From positions 640,001 through 704,000 of the forward strand of contig CAVUWA010000010.1 of assembly GCA_963744995.1 (NCBI GenBank): a stretch of 64,000 bases of DNA. Direction: 5' to 3'. A program made the position numbers and the translations under genes. Under the pieces are notes generated by a model that made no database searches, was not told the origin of the DNA, and saw nothing but the letters and a program-made list of their open reading frames with translations. The stretch comes from Candidatus Eiseniibacteriota bacterium. Lineage in GTDB: Bacteria > Eisenbacteria > RBG-16-71-46. How positions within the stretch are numbered: the first letter of the stretch is position 1; every line of letters starts with the position of its first letter. Of this stretch, positions 55,622 to 64,000 are shown in pieces.

Positions 55622-56230
55622 ATGCGCAGAGGTCTGCTGATCACCCTGGCCGTCGTCGCCGTGCTGCTCGTCGGCGTGGGCGGCTGCGTCGTAGGCCAGT
55701 ACAACAACCTGGTGACCACGAAGGAAAGTGTGAACCAGCGCTGGGCGCAGGTGGACAACCAGCTGCAGCGCCGCAACGATCTGATCGGCAATCTGGTCGA
55801 GACCGTGAAGGGCACCGCGCTTCAGGAACAGGCCGTCTTCGGTCAGATCGCCGACGCGCGCGCGCGGATGTCGGGCGCCCGCACGCCGGCCGAAGCGATC
55901 CAGGCCGGTCGCGCCATGGACTCCGCGCTCGGCCGCCTGCTGGTCGTGGTGGAGAACTACCCGCAGCTCAAGAGCTCGGAGGCGTTCGTGCAGCTGATGG
56001 ACGAAATCGCCGGCACCGAGAACCGGCTCGCCACCGAGCGCGGCCGTTACAACCAGCAGGTGCAGACCTACAACACGCTCATCAAGCGCTTCCCCACGAA
56101 TCTCTACGCCGCTGCCTTCAATTTCGGCGAATCGCCCTACTACGAAATCCCCGACGAGGCGCGCCAGGTGCCGAAGGTGGACTTCGGCGGCATCCGCCAG
56201 GGCGAAAACGGCGGGACCACGGGCAAGTAG
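55622..56230 (+). CDS. lemA: LemA family protein
   Basis: YNNLV, WAQV.NQLQRR.DL, ENYPQLKS, GTENR, YN..FP. Confidence 0.93.
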   Translation: MRRGLLITLAVVAVLLVGVGGCVVGQYNNLVTTKESVNQRWAQVDNQLQRRNDLIGNLVETVKGTALQEQAVFGQIADARARMSGARTPAEAIQAGRAMDSALGRLLVVVENYPQLKSSEAFVQLMDEIAGTENRLATERGRYNQQVQTYNTLIKRFPTNLYAAAFNFGESPYYEIPDEARQVPKVDFGGIRQGENGGTTGK

Positions 56231-56305
56231 CCGGCGATCGCGGGCAGGAATGCGGCCGGCATCCCGAGCGCGGGGTGCCGGCCGCGCGCGCGTCCCGCCC
56301 TGCGG

Positions 56306-57799
56306 CTACGCGTACTCGCGCAGCGCGCCGTTCAGCGCCTGCGCCGTCTCCGGATCGAGCGCTTCGGCCGCCTCGAGCCCCGCGGCCGTGAGGGCGTCAC
56401 CCGCCTCGACGCCGCGCTTGCGCTGCGCGGCGTAGCGCCGCGCCACGAACAGCAGCAGCGCCGCCCGCTGAACTTCGAGCGGCGCCTCGCCGCCCGCGGC
56501 CGGGCGTATCGCCAGGCGCTCGATCTCCAGCATTTCGGCGAGGCGCCCGGTCGGATCCTCCGCGACGTGGCGCTCGATCGCCGCCAGCGTCTCGAGGTCG
56601 GCGCCGGGCAGTCCGGCCTCGAGCGACCAGGCGAGCAGCTCGCGCTGCCGGGGCGGCAGCCACGTGGCGGCGGCAGCGCGCGTCACGATCTCGCGCGCCT
56701 CCTCCCGCCACGTCCGGTCGCGGGGATCGAGCAGCGGTTCTTCCTGCGGGTCGTGCCGTGCCGTGGCCGCGTGCGTGAGGGCCCGGACCAGCGCGCGCGT
56801 CGCCGCCGTCGCGCGCAGCGCACTGTGCACCGCACTCGCAGCGACGTCGCAGAGCGCGATCGTTTCGTCGACCTCGATCCGCTCGAGCGCGCGGCCGTCG
56901 TGCGGCTCTTCCGCGAGCAGCAGGCCGACGAGCCCCTCGGGCGTTTCGAGCGGGGCCAGCCACCCGAACCCGGCGGCGATCAGCGGGCCGATCTCGTCAC
57001 GCAGCTCGCGCAGGCCGTCGAGCTCGGTGCGTTTCACCAGCCGGTGGAGCCCGCGCACCACTTCCGCCATTCCGCCCGTGCGCGCGATGCGGATCGCGTG
57101 CAGGCGGTCGAAGCCGTCGCCGCGGATCGCACGCGGAACGAGCACGTCGTCGTTCCCGTCCGCGAGCAGCACGGCCACCGTGTCCAGACCCGTGCGAGTC
57201 TGCAGCGCCACCAGCAGCGTGCGGCAGACCTGGTCCACGTCGAGGGAGCGCTGCATCTCGCGCCCCGGACCGAGCACCGCGTCGCGCAGTCGCCGCTCCG
57301 ACTCCGCCGTCTCGTGTGCGCGCTGCCGGTCGCTGTTGGCGCGCTGCAGGTCGAGGCGCGTCTCCTCGGCTCGCTTCGTGAGGTCGCGGGTGTCCGCGGT
57401 GCGCGCGAGCAGACGCCGCATGCGCGCGATCAGCTCCTTCGGCGAGAACGGCTTCGGCATGAAGTCGTCGCAGCCGCACGCGAAGGCGCGCAGACGAGCC
57501 TCGGTCTCGGATGCGGCCGAGACCATGATGACCGGCAGATTCCCGTCGATCGGATCGCGGCGCACGATCTCGCAGACCTCGAGCCCGCTCTTCTTCGGCA
57601 GGCGCACGTCCATCACCAGCAGGTCGGGACGGCTCGCGGCGATCTGCCGGATCGCCTCGTCGCCGTCCGCGGCGGTGACCACCTTGAAACCATGAGCCTG
57701 GAACGCGATGTCGAGCAGCTCGAGCACGCGCCGGTCGTCGTCCACGACCAGCACGACGGGGGATTCGAGCGGCGGCGAGATCCGCCTGAGCACGCTCAT
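56306..57799 (-). CDS. Response regulator: intact receiver, coiled coil, GAF and degenerate HD-GYP-like domain
   Basis: VVDDD, MDVRLP, SA, KPF; C-terminal PLEVQRAALLLFVARRY..ALDPE resembles the HD-GYP tail without HD. Confidence 0.75.
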   Translation of the reverse strand: MSVLRRISPPLESPVVLVVDDDRRVLELLDIAFQAHGFKVVTAADGDEAIRQIAASRPDLLVMDVRLPKKSGLEVCEIVRRDPIDGNLPVIMVSAASETEARLRAFACGCDDFMPKPFSPKELIARMRRLLARTADTRDLTKRAEETRLDLQRANSDRQRAHETAESERRLRDAVLGPGREMQRSLDVDQVCRTLLVALQTRTGLDTVAVLLADGNDDVLVPRAIRGDGFDRLHAIRIARTGGMAEVVRGLHRLVKRTELDGLRELRDEIGPLIAAGFGWLAPLETPEGLVGLLLAEEPHDGRALERIEVDETIALCDVAASAVHSALRATAATRALVRALTHAATARHDPQEEPLLDPRDRTWREEAREIVTRAAAATWLPPRQRELLAWSLEAGLPGADLETLAAIERHVAEDPTGRLAEMLEIERLAIRPAAGGEAPLEVQRAALLLFVARRYAAQRKRGVEAGDALTAAGLEAAEALDPETAQALNGALREYA

Positions 57800-59637
57800 C
57801 GCGAACCCCGCGCGGGCAGCCCGGCATGTTCGAGCATGGCCGCCACCCCGGCCTGCGAGAACGGCTTGAGCAGCGTGCGGTGGATGCCGCCCGCTTCCGC
57901 CTGTTCGCGATCGCGCCAGTCCCGCACCAGCACCACCACCACCGCCGGCTCGGGGCGGTCGGTCTGCGACTCCGCGACCTCCCGCACCAGGGCGGGCCCG
58001 CGCGCGTCCGGCAGGTCGACGTCGACACACACCAGCGACCACGCCTCGCCGGACAGCGCCGCGCGCAGCTCCGCCGCGGTACCGACCGAATGCACGTTGT
58101 AGCCGTGCGTCTGCAGCAGGCGCATGAGAAAGATGCGCGCCATGAACGAATCCTCGGCGATCAGCGCGCGCATGCCGTGCCCCGGCCCGTCCGCGGCGGC
58201 GTGAACCGGGCCGGCCGCGGCGGGCGCGGCGCCCGCTCCCAGCCGGTGCGCGCCGGGGAATGCCGCGCGCGACGGCTTCCCGCGCGCGTCGGTTCCACCG
58301 GCGGGGGCATCGGGCGCCTGCGGGCGTTCCGGAGCGGCCGCTGCGGCGCGGGTCCCGGTGGCGGGCTGCGCGTCGCGCGCGGGCGCTGCCGGAGCCGGAG
58401 CGGAGTCGAGCGTGTTTCCCGGGGCGGCCGGGCCGGCGAGCGGCTCGACGCTGTCGGGCGTGAGCAGGGCCAGCCGCGGCGGCGCCTCCGCCTTCCCGGA
58501 GACGTCCGTGGCGGAGGGCGTCGCCGCCCTGCCGGCAGCCATGTCATCGGTCGCCACCGCGCCCACGGCGGCAGCGGCCGGCAGCGGCACATCGCGCATC
58601 AGCTTCGAGACGTCGATCACCCAGAAGATCTCGCCATCGTCGGCGCGCACCGCATGCGTCGCGCCGGCCGGCGTTTCGGACGCGCTCTCCGCCGGCTCGG
58701 CGGGCAGGCGCCACACGAGACGGTCGGCAGCGAGTGCGCCGCGGCGCAGCCCGAGTCCGACGGTCACGACCGGCCGGCCCTGCCGCGCGCCGGTCAACGG
58801 CTTGAGCGGCGCCAGCGGTGGCGCGGTCAGCGGTGCGGCCGCGGCGGTCTCGAGCTGAATCCGCAGCACGTTCGTCCATGGCAGCGCGAGGCGCAGGTCG
58901 TCCTGCAGAAGCATCAGGAATACGTCGCGCTCGGTCACCGCGGGCAGACGCAACACCCAGGCGTCGCGCGCGCCGGCCGGCGCCGGGAACAGCGCGCCGC
59001 CGACCCCGGCGATCACCTCGTGCGCGGGCAGCAGGCCTTCCGCATCGATCCCGCGACACTCCAGCTCCACGACCCCGGCGTCGGCCGAGACCCTGAGCGG
59101 CGCCCGCTGCGCCGCGTCGCCGAACAGCCAGTCGAGCGCGGCGCGCAGCACCGCCGCCACCGGTGCGGTCAGGCGGCTCTTCGCCGCCGTGGCCTCCGAC
59201 GCCTCGTCGGCGTAGCGGCCGCTGCCGAGCGTGCTCGCCAGCCCGATCACCGCATCGCGGCGCGCCGCGGGGGCGTCGTCCACGGCGTTCGCGGCCGCCG
59301 GCGCGCTCCACTCCACCCCTTCCAGGTGCGAGGCCAGCGCCGCCAGCTCATCGTCGACTTCGAAGAAGTGGTGCAGCGTGGATTCGGCGAGGGCGCGATC
59401 GCGTTCGCGGCCGAGCCGCTCGAGCGTGTGGCGCATCTCGGAAGAACCGGTCGCGCCCAGGTTCGCTTCGATCGCGGCGAGCAGCCGGTCGAGGCCGGGC
59501 AGCGCCAGCAGCTGCGCGACGTTGCGCGCCGCGTTGAGCGCCAGCTCGCCGGGCGCACCGGTGACGACCGGCGCGAGCGCCGCGCACAGGCCGCGCGACA
59601 TCTCGCGGTCCACCTGACGTCCCTCGCCGGCGCTCAA
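57796..59637 (-). CDS. Degenerate CheA-like hybrid protein (Hpt-like, HATPase-like, CheW-like, receiver)
   Basis: VLRLP, LALPW..VLRI, GALAADRL, DDGEIFWVIDV, IAEDS..VDVDLP..KPF. Confidence 0.7.
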   Translation of the reverse strand: MSAGEGRQVDREMSRGLCAALAPVVTGAPGELALNAARNVAQLLALPGLDRLLAAIEANLGATGSSEMRHTLERLGRERDRALAESTLHHFFEVDDELAALASHLEGVEWSAPAAANAVDDAPAARRDAVIGLASTLGSGRYADEASEATAAKSRLTAPVAAVLRAALDWLFGDAAQRAPLRVSADAGVVELECRGIDAEGLLPAHEVIAGVGGALFPAPAGARDAWVLRLPAVTERDVFLMLLQDDLRLALPWTNVLRIQLETAAAAPLTAPPLAPLKPLTGARQGRPVVTVGLGLRRGALAADRLVWRLPAEPAESASETPAGATHAVRADDGEIFWVIDVSKLMRDVPLPAAAAVGAVATDDMAAGRAATPSATDVSGKAEAPPRLALLTPDSVEPLAGPAAPGNTLDSAPAPAAPARDAQPATGTRAAAAAPERPQAPDAPAGGTDARGKPSRAAFPGAHRLGAGAAPAAAGPVHAAADGPGHGMRALIAEDSFMARIFLMRLLQTHGYNVHSVGTAAELRAALSGEAWSLVCVDVDLPDARGPALVREVAESQTDRPEPAVVVVLVRDWRDREQAEAGGIHRTLLKPFSQAGVAAMLEHAGLPARGSR

Positions 59638-61217
59638 GAGCGGTCCTTCCGCTCCGCGCGGCGCGTGCCGCCGGGCATCACGTCGTCGGGGCCGAGCAGC
59701 CGCAGCCGCCCTTCCACGGGCGGCACGGGATCAGGGTCTTCCGCGTCGGTGCGTTCCGGGTCTTCCGCCGAATCCGGCGTGGATGCGGGCTCCGGCTCCG
59801 CCGTGTCGTGCGCCCCGGCCGGCGACAGCCGGACCACGAGTCCTTCGAGCTCGCCCGTCGATTCCTCGAGGTGCCGCACCAGGCGCTCGGCCGCGCGCGA
59901 TGCGCTCTCGCCCGCGGACGACAACCGTTCGCCCTTCGCCGCCGCGTCCTGGATCATCTCGCGCATGCGGTCGAGCACGTGCGCGAAGTCGGCGTGCGCA
60001 GCGGCCGCCGGCGTCGCGCCGGACGCTGCGGGTTCGGGCACGCGGTCGAGCGCCTCGGCGACGCGCTCGCGCACGCCCTTCATGCGCTGCGCGGCACGCG
60101 CGACCTCGGTCTCGACGTCGCGGGTGAGCTCGGCCACGCGATCGGTGGAGCCGCGCACCTCGTTCGCCAGCGACTTGAGCTCGGCGAGTTCGGCCTCGCT
60201 CGAAACCCCCGGCCGCCCGCGCGCGACCATCACGTTCAGCGCCATGAGCGTGGCGCGGTTGCCGAGCGCCTGCACGTGCTCGCCCACGTCGCGCACGCGC
60301 ATGAGCCCGCTCGACAGATGGTGGATGCTTTCGCCCGAGGCCTGCACGAGCTCGCCCAGCGCCCGCGCCGCGGCAGTGCGCAGCGCCTCGTACGCGTCGC
60401 GGGCCCCGGCCGCGGGCGCTTCCGCACGCGGGCCGCGCTCGAGCTCGACCGCCAGGCGCTGCAGCTCGCGCGCCGTGGTGAGCAGCGCGGTCGCCTCGAC
60501 GAAGCCGCGCTCGGTCTGTTCCGCCGATACCCGAGCGTCTTCGAGCGAGCGCTCGATGTCCTGCTGGATCTGCCGCGCCGCCTCGCGATTCTGCTCGCGC
60601 ACTTCCTCGTGTCGACCGAGGCCCTCGTTGAGCAGGGTCGCCACCACGCCGAACGGACCGACCGGCGCTGGCAGCGGCGTCCAGCGCTCCGCATGCAGCC
60701 ACTGCTCGAGCGCGCCGCGCGACTCCTCGAGCTGCCGCTGCAGCCGGCTCAGCTCTTCGAACGCACGCGACATGCGCTGCTGGCGCACCAGCGCACGCTG
60801 CGCTTCTTCACCGAGCGCCGACAGCTCGCCCCAGCCGCTCGCCGCGGGCAGGTCGCGCAGGTCGGTGACCTGGCCGCTGCGGAACGCGGCGAGGTAGCCG
60901 CGCAGGGCGCCGCTGATGCCGTGGTCGAGCCACAGCGCCATCGCCATTCCGGCGAGCAGGCCGGCGAGCGCGATGATCGGCAGCCACACGCGGACGAGCT
61001 CGGGGTCGGCCGGCGCGGCGCCGGCGGCCGTCGTCAGGTACGCGATGGCCAGCCACATCCCGGCGGCAGCGACCAGCGCGCCGGCGAGACAGCCGAGCCA
61101 GATGCGCAGGCGCAGTCCCAGCCCGGACGGTTCGTTGGATTCGTCGTGACCCAGCGTCGTGCTCCTCGCGCGGAAAGTCGATTCGCCCGCGCCGGCCGGC
61201 GCGGCCACGGGGCGCAT
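59634..61217 (-). CDS. Degenerate methyl-accepting chemotaxis protein-like receptor
   Basis: Two TMs, HAMP-like segment, ATLMALN..LANEVR hairpin-tip remnant, long coiled coil. Confidence 0.72.
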   Translation of the reverse strand: MRPVAAPAGAGESTFRARSTTLGHDESNEPSGLGLRLRIWLGCLAGALVAAAGMWLAIAYLTTAAGAAPADPELVRVWLPIIALAGLLAGMAMALWLDHGISGALRGYLAAFRSGQVTDLRDLPAASGWGELSALGEEAQRALVRQQRMSRAFEELSRLQRQLEESRGALEQWLHAERWTPLPAPVGPFGVVATLLNEGLGRHEEVREQNREAARQIQQDIERSLEDARVSAEQTERGFVEATALLTTARELQRLAVELERGPRAEAPAAGARDAYEALRTAAARALGELVQASGESIHHLSSGLMRVRDVGEHVQALGNRATLMALNVMVARGRPGVSSEAELAELKSLANEVRGSTDRVAELTRDVETEVARAAQRMKGVRERVAEALDRVPEPAASGATPAAAAHADFAHVLDRMREMIQDAAAKGERLSSAGESASRAAERLVRHLEESTGELEGLVVRLSPAGAHDTAEPEPASTPDSAEDPERTDAEDPDPVPPVEGRLRLLGPDDVMPGGTRRAERKDRS

Positions 61218-61237
61218 GGCCCCTAACTGCCCGTCTC

Positions 61238-61252
61238 GCAAGTCATATGCCC
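61238..61252 (-). promoter_or_regulatory. Putative sigma54 promoter of the MCP-like operon
   Basis: GGGCATATGACTTGC, GG-N10-GC, 21 bp upstream of ATG 61217. Confidence 0.55.
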
Positions 61253-61650
61253 GGCAACCACGGCCCGGGTGAAGCCCCGCTGCGGGACCGCGCACCGCGC
61301 GCGGTTGCCGCGGACCCGGACGCCGTTTCGCATTTCGCGATGCCGCTCGCGGCGCGCAACGTCACTCCATGTTGAAGTTCCGCCACCATCTGGACGATAC
61401 GAAGTGTCAAGCATCTTTAGTCTTTCGCAAACCCGTTGCGAGTTGCGCGACGCGCGAGCGGACCGGTCGGAGCACGACGTGAACCCGAACGGCCGATCGC
61501 GCCCCCGCCCCGCTCGCGGGCGAAAAGGCCCAGGGAATGCGCCAGACGCCACGAAGTAGATAGGACGGCGGCGGTTCCGATTTGACGCACGGAACCGTCA
61601 GCGCGTTCGAGCGGCGGTCTGTTCCGCGTGGGGCCGTGGCGAACCCCGCG

Positions 61651-61666
61651 TGGCATGGACGATGCA
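61651..61666 (+). promoter_or_regulatory. Putative sigma54 promoter
   Basis: TGGCATGGACGATGCA, GG-N10-GC, 80 bp upstream of ATG 61746. Confidence 0.6.
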
Positions 61667-61745
61667 CATTGGCCATGGCAGCGAGTCACGCACCACCCAA
61701 ACGGGCCCGCTTTCGGGGGCCGTCTTCGGCGAACAGGGGGTTCCG

Positions 61746-62507
61746 ATGAACCCGCGGCACTACGTGGATCTGAAGGATACGAGCAGGGATCTGCAGCCCA
61801 CGTACTACTTCATGATCAACTGCCTGCTGTACAGCCGGATGGAAACCGGCCTGGTGTCGAATCAGGACTATTACGACGAAGACGTCAACGTCTACCTGGC
61901 GCACCTGCTGCACTCGTTCATCAACCCCGAATACGTCGAGCAGTCGAAGAAGTTCCTGTCACGCTACGACACGGACGTCTTCCGCCGTCTCTCGACGTCC
62001 ACCGACGCGCGGCTCAAGTACCTGATCTACAAGACCAACGCCGACTTCCTGCTGATCTCGATCGGCATCTTCGACAACCCGGTCGGCCAGCAGGCCATGC
62101 GGCGCGCGGCGCCGAGCGAAGAGGCCTACATCGGCCGCGGCAAGACCTACTACCACTTCGCCTACTCGTACGCGCAGCAGATGCACCGCAAGAACCAGGG
62201 CGTGTCCGACGTGCTCGAGAAGCTGTCGGTCGGGTTCGAGAAGTACATCAAGATCCTTTCGCACATGCGCGGCGAGTACCTCGACCTCATGAAGCGCCTG
62301 TCGCACGGCGAGGTCTACCACCTGGAACGTTCGATCGACGAGCACTCGCAGCAGGAGATGCTGCGGCTCAAGCAGGACGAGCTGCTCGAACTCTACAGCG
62401 CCTGGAAGAAGCAGCCGAACGAAGAGACCGAAGAGAACATGGAGCGCGTGGTCAGCGAGATCCGCCAGATCAACCCTTCGTTCAAGTTCGAGTTGCCGAA
62501 GCCCTGA
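61746..62507 (+). CDS. Uncharacterised helical cytoplasmic protein
   Basis: Strong GC3 codon bias; motifs VNVYLAHLL, ADFLL..GIF, YIGRGKTYY..A, VLEKLS.GFEKY. Confidence 0.8.
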   Translation: MNPRHYVDLKDTSRDLQPTYYFMINCLLYSRMETGLVSNQDYYDEDVNVYLAHLLHSFINPEYVEQSKKFLSRYDTDVFRRLSTSTDARLKYLIYKTNADFLLISIGIFDNPVGQQAMRRAAPSEEAYIGRGKTYYHFAYSYAQQMHRKNQGVSDVLEKLSVGFEKYIKILSHMRGEYLDLMKRLSHGEVYHLERSIDEHSQQEMLRLKQDELLELYSAWKKQPNEETEENMERVVSEIRQINPSFKFELPKP

Positions 62508-62583
62508 GCGTCGCGCCCGCCGCGCCGCGCGCGGCCCGCGTATCGAGCGTCTGCCGAGCGAACGTCCAGTCGCGGAGCGGACC

Positions 62584-62620
62584 GGCCCCGGTGTCCGAAG
62601 CGCCGGGGCCTCTTCATTTC
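62584..62620 (+). terminator. Probable intrinsic terminator
   Basis: ggccccggtg/cgccggggcc stem followed by tcttcattt. Confidence 0.55.
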
Positions 62621-62696
62621 CGCCCGGCCTCCGTCGTCGCGCGAGCGCGGGGCGTGCCGGAACGCGCCATGCGCCGCGGCCGCGTGGTCGCGGGCG

Positions 62697-64000
62697 TCAG
62701 GCGTGCAGGGCCTCGGCGGGGTTCGCGCGGGGCGCCTCGAGCGGCGGCGCGACGGCAACGGCGCGGCCCCAGCGCTCGGCCCACATCTGCAGGCTCAGGA
62801 TCGCCCATACCGTGCGGCTCTTCTCGACGCGCCCCTCGAGATGCGCACGCAGCAGCGCCTGGACCGCATCCGCATCGAGCACGCCGGCGCGCGCGATGCG
62901 ATCGCGGGTGAGTCGCGCGCGCACCGCGTCGCGCAGCGGCCCGCGCAGCCACGCCGAGAACGGCGGCGAGAAGCCCTGCTTGCGGCGCGCCAGGATCTCC
63001 TGCGGCAGCAGTCCGCGCGCGGCCTCCTTGAGCGCCCACTTGCCGGTCCGGCCGCGTAGGCGGTCGCGCTCGCGCAGCGAGAGGGCGAAATGGATCAGGT
63101 CCGGCTGCAGGAACGGCGCACGCGACTCCATCCCATGGTCCATCGTGCAGCGATCGACCTTCGTGAGCAGTCCGCCGCCCAGGTAGAGCTCGAAATCGAG
63201 GATCTGATAGGCGGCCAGCGCCGGCGCCGTATCGAGATCGCCGAGCGGCACCCCCTCGAGGTCCGCACGCACCTGTTCCAGGTGTCCGAGGGTCGCGCGG
63301 CGGGTCACGCGGTCGCGCAGCGCGGGGTCGAGCAGCGCGAGCGCCTCGCCGGGCGCCGCGGTGCCGAACCATCCGACGTGCCGTTCGAACGGGGGCATCG
63401 CCGCGGCTTCCATGAAGCGCTCGATGAAGTACGGGATCGTCAGGTGGTGATGGCGGGGCCGTATGGCACGCGCACCGGCGACGATCGCGCGGCGCACGAA
63501 CCGCGGCAGACGCGCCGCGCGTGATGCATAGCGATGGCCGAGGTAGGTCGGATAGCCGCCGAACAGCTCGTCGCCACCTTCGCCGGTGAGCACCACCGGG
63601 ACATGCTTCGCCGCCTCGCCCGCGAGCGTCCAGGTGGGCAGCGTGCTCGGATCGCCGAGCGGCTGATGCAGCGCGTCCGCGACGCGTTCGAGCGCCGCCT
63701 CGCCGGCGGCGGCGTCCATCGTGATCTCGTGGTGGTCCGAACGGATCGCCTGCGCGACGAGCTTCGCCAGGTGCGACTCGTCGTAGCCGCGCTCGCCGAA
63801 GCGCAGGCTGAACGTCGGGAACCGCCGGGTCGTGGCCTGCGCGGCGAGCGTCGCCACCAGCCCCGAGTCCACGCCGCCCGAGAGAAACACGCCGAACGGC
63901 ACGTCGGCCGGCAGTCGCGAGGCCACCGCAGCGGCGAGCGCGTCGCGGGTGGCATCGGGCACCGACCCTTCGCGCGCGCGGCTTCGGCCCGTGTTCGGAA
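62697..64000 (-). CDS. asnB: Asparagine synthase (glutamine-hydrolysing) family protein, C-terminal part (5' end outside window)
   Basis: FLSGGVDS, LTGEGGDELFGGY, KVDRCTM..GMESRAPFL, RRKQGF. Confidence 0.9.
   Translation of the reverse strand, partial: PNTGRSRAREGSVPDATRDALAAAVASRLPADVPFGVFLSGGVDSGLVATLAAQATTRRFPTFSLRFGERGYDESHLAKLVAQAIRSDHHEITMDAAAGEAALERVADALHQPLGDPSTLPTWTLAGEAAKHVPVVLTGEGGDELFGGYPTYLGHRYASRAARLPRFVRRAIVAGARAIRPRHHHLTIPYFIERFMEAAAMPPFERHVGWFGTAAPGEALALLDPALRDRVTRRATLGHLEQVRADLEGVPLGDLDTAPALAAYQILDFELYLGGGLLTKVDRCTMDHGMESRAPFLQPDLIHFALSLRERDRLRGRTGKWALKEAARGLLPQEILARRKQGFSPPFSAWLRGPLRDAVRARLTRDRIARAGVLDADAVQALLRAHLEGRVEKSRTVWAILSLQMWAERWGRAVAVAPPLEAPRANPAEALHA

Noticed and set aside
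57826..60897. 1023-aa plus-strand ORF and other long antisense ORFs (e.g. 10237-12636, 13680-15962, 18902-20950)
   Set aside because: Stop-poor shadow frames expected at high GC, opposite well-supported genes and without motifs

Overview
GC-rich (about 70% by eye) bacterial chromosomal window. Secreted proteins ending in a 'TWxxIKxxYR' motif, a FlgD/T9SS-like C-terminal domain and kinase-PD40 paralogues suggest an FCB-associated candidate phylum such as Ca. Eisenbacteria (inference). Core content: a complete H+-type F1Fo ATP synthase operon (AtpI-like domain fused to subunit a, short epsilon, Rex/CRP-like box), an FNR-korA-korB operon, a Kef antiporter, two M20 peptidases, LemA/TPM genes and a partial asnB. 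Accessory content: two Ser/Thr kinase-beta-propeller paralogues flanking a sigma54-controlled OsmC/flavoenzyme cluster, and a lower-GC patch with gene remnants. The most unusual items are (1) an intact, translationally coupled MCP/CheA/RR-GAF-HD-GYP operon in which the chemoreceptor tip, kinase and phosphodiesterase motifs are all degenerate, (2) a Cys-rich leader ORF ending in PPPRA upstream of a CxxCxC outer-membrane protein, (3) a shared C-terminal putative sorting signal, and (4) repeated leaderless-promoter architecture. Three genes carry single-base frameshifts that are probably assembly errors. No rRNA, tRNA, CRISPR array or transposase was recognised. All calls rest on motif recognition by eye, with no database searches.
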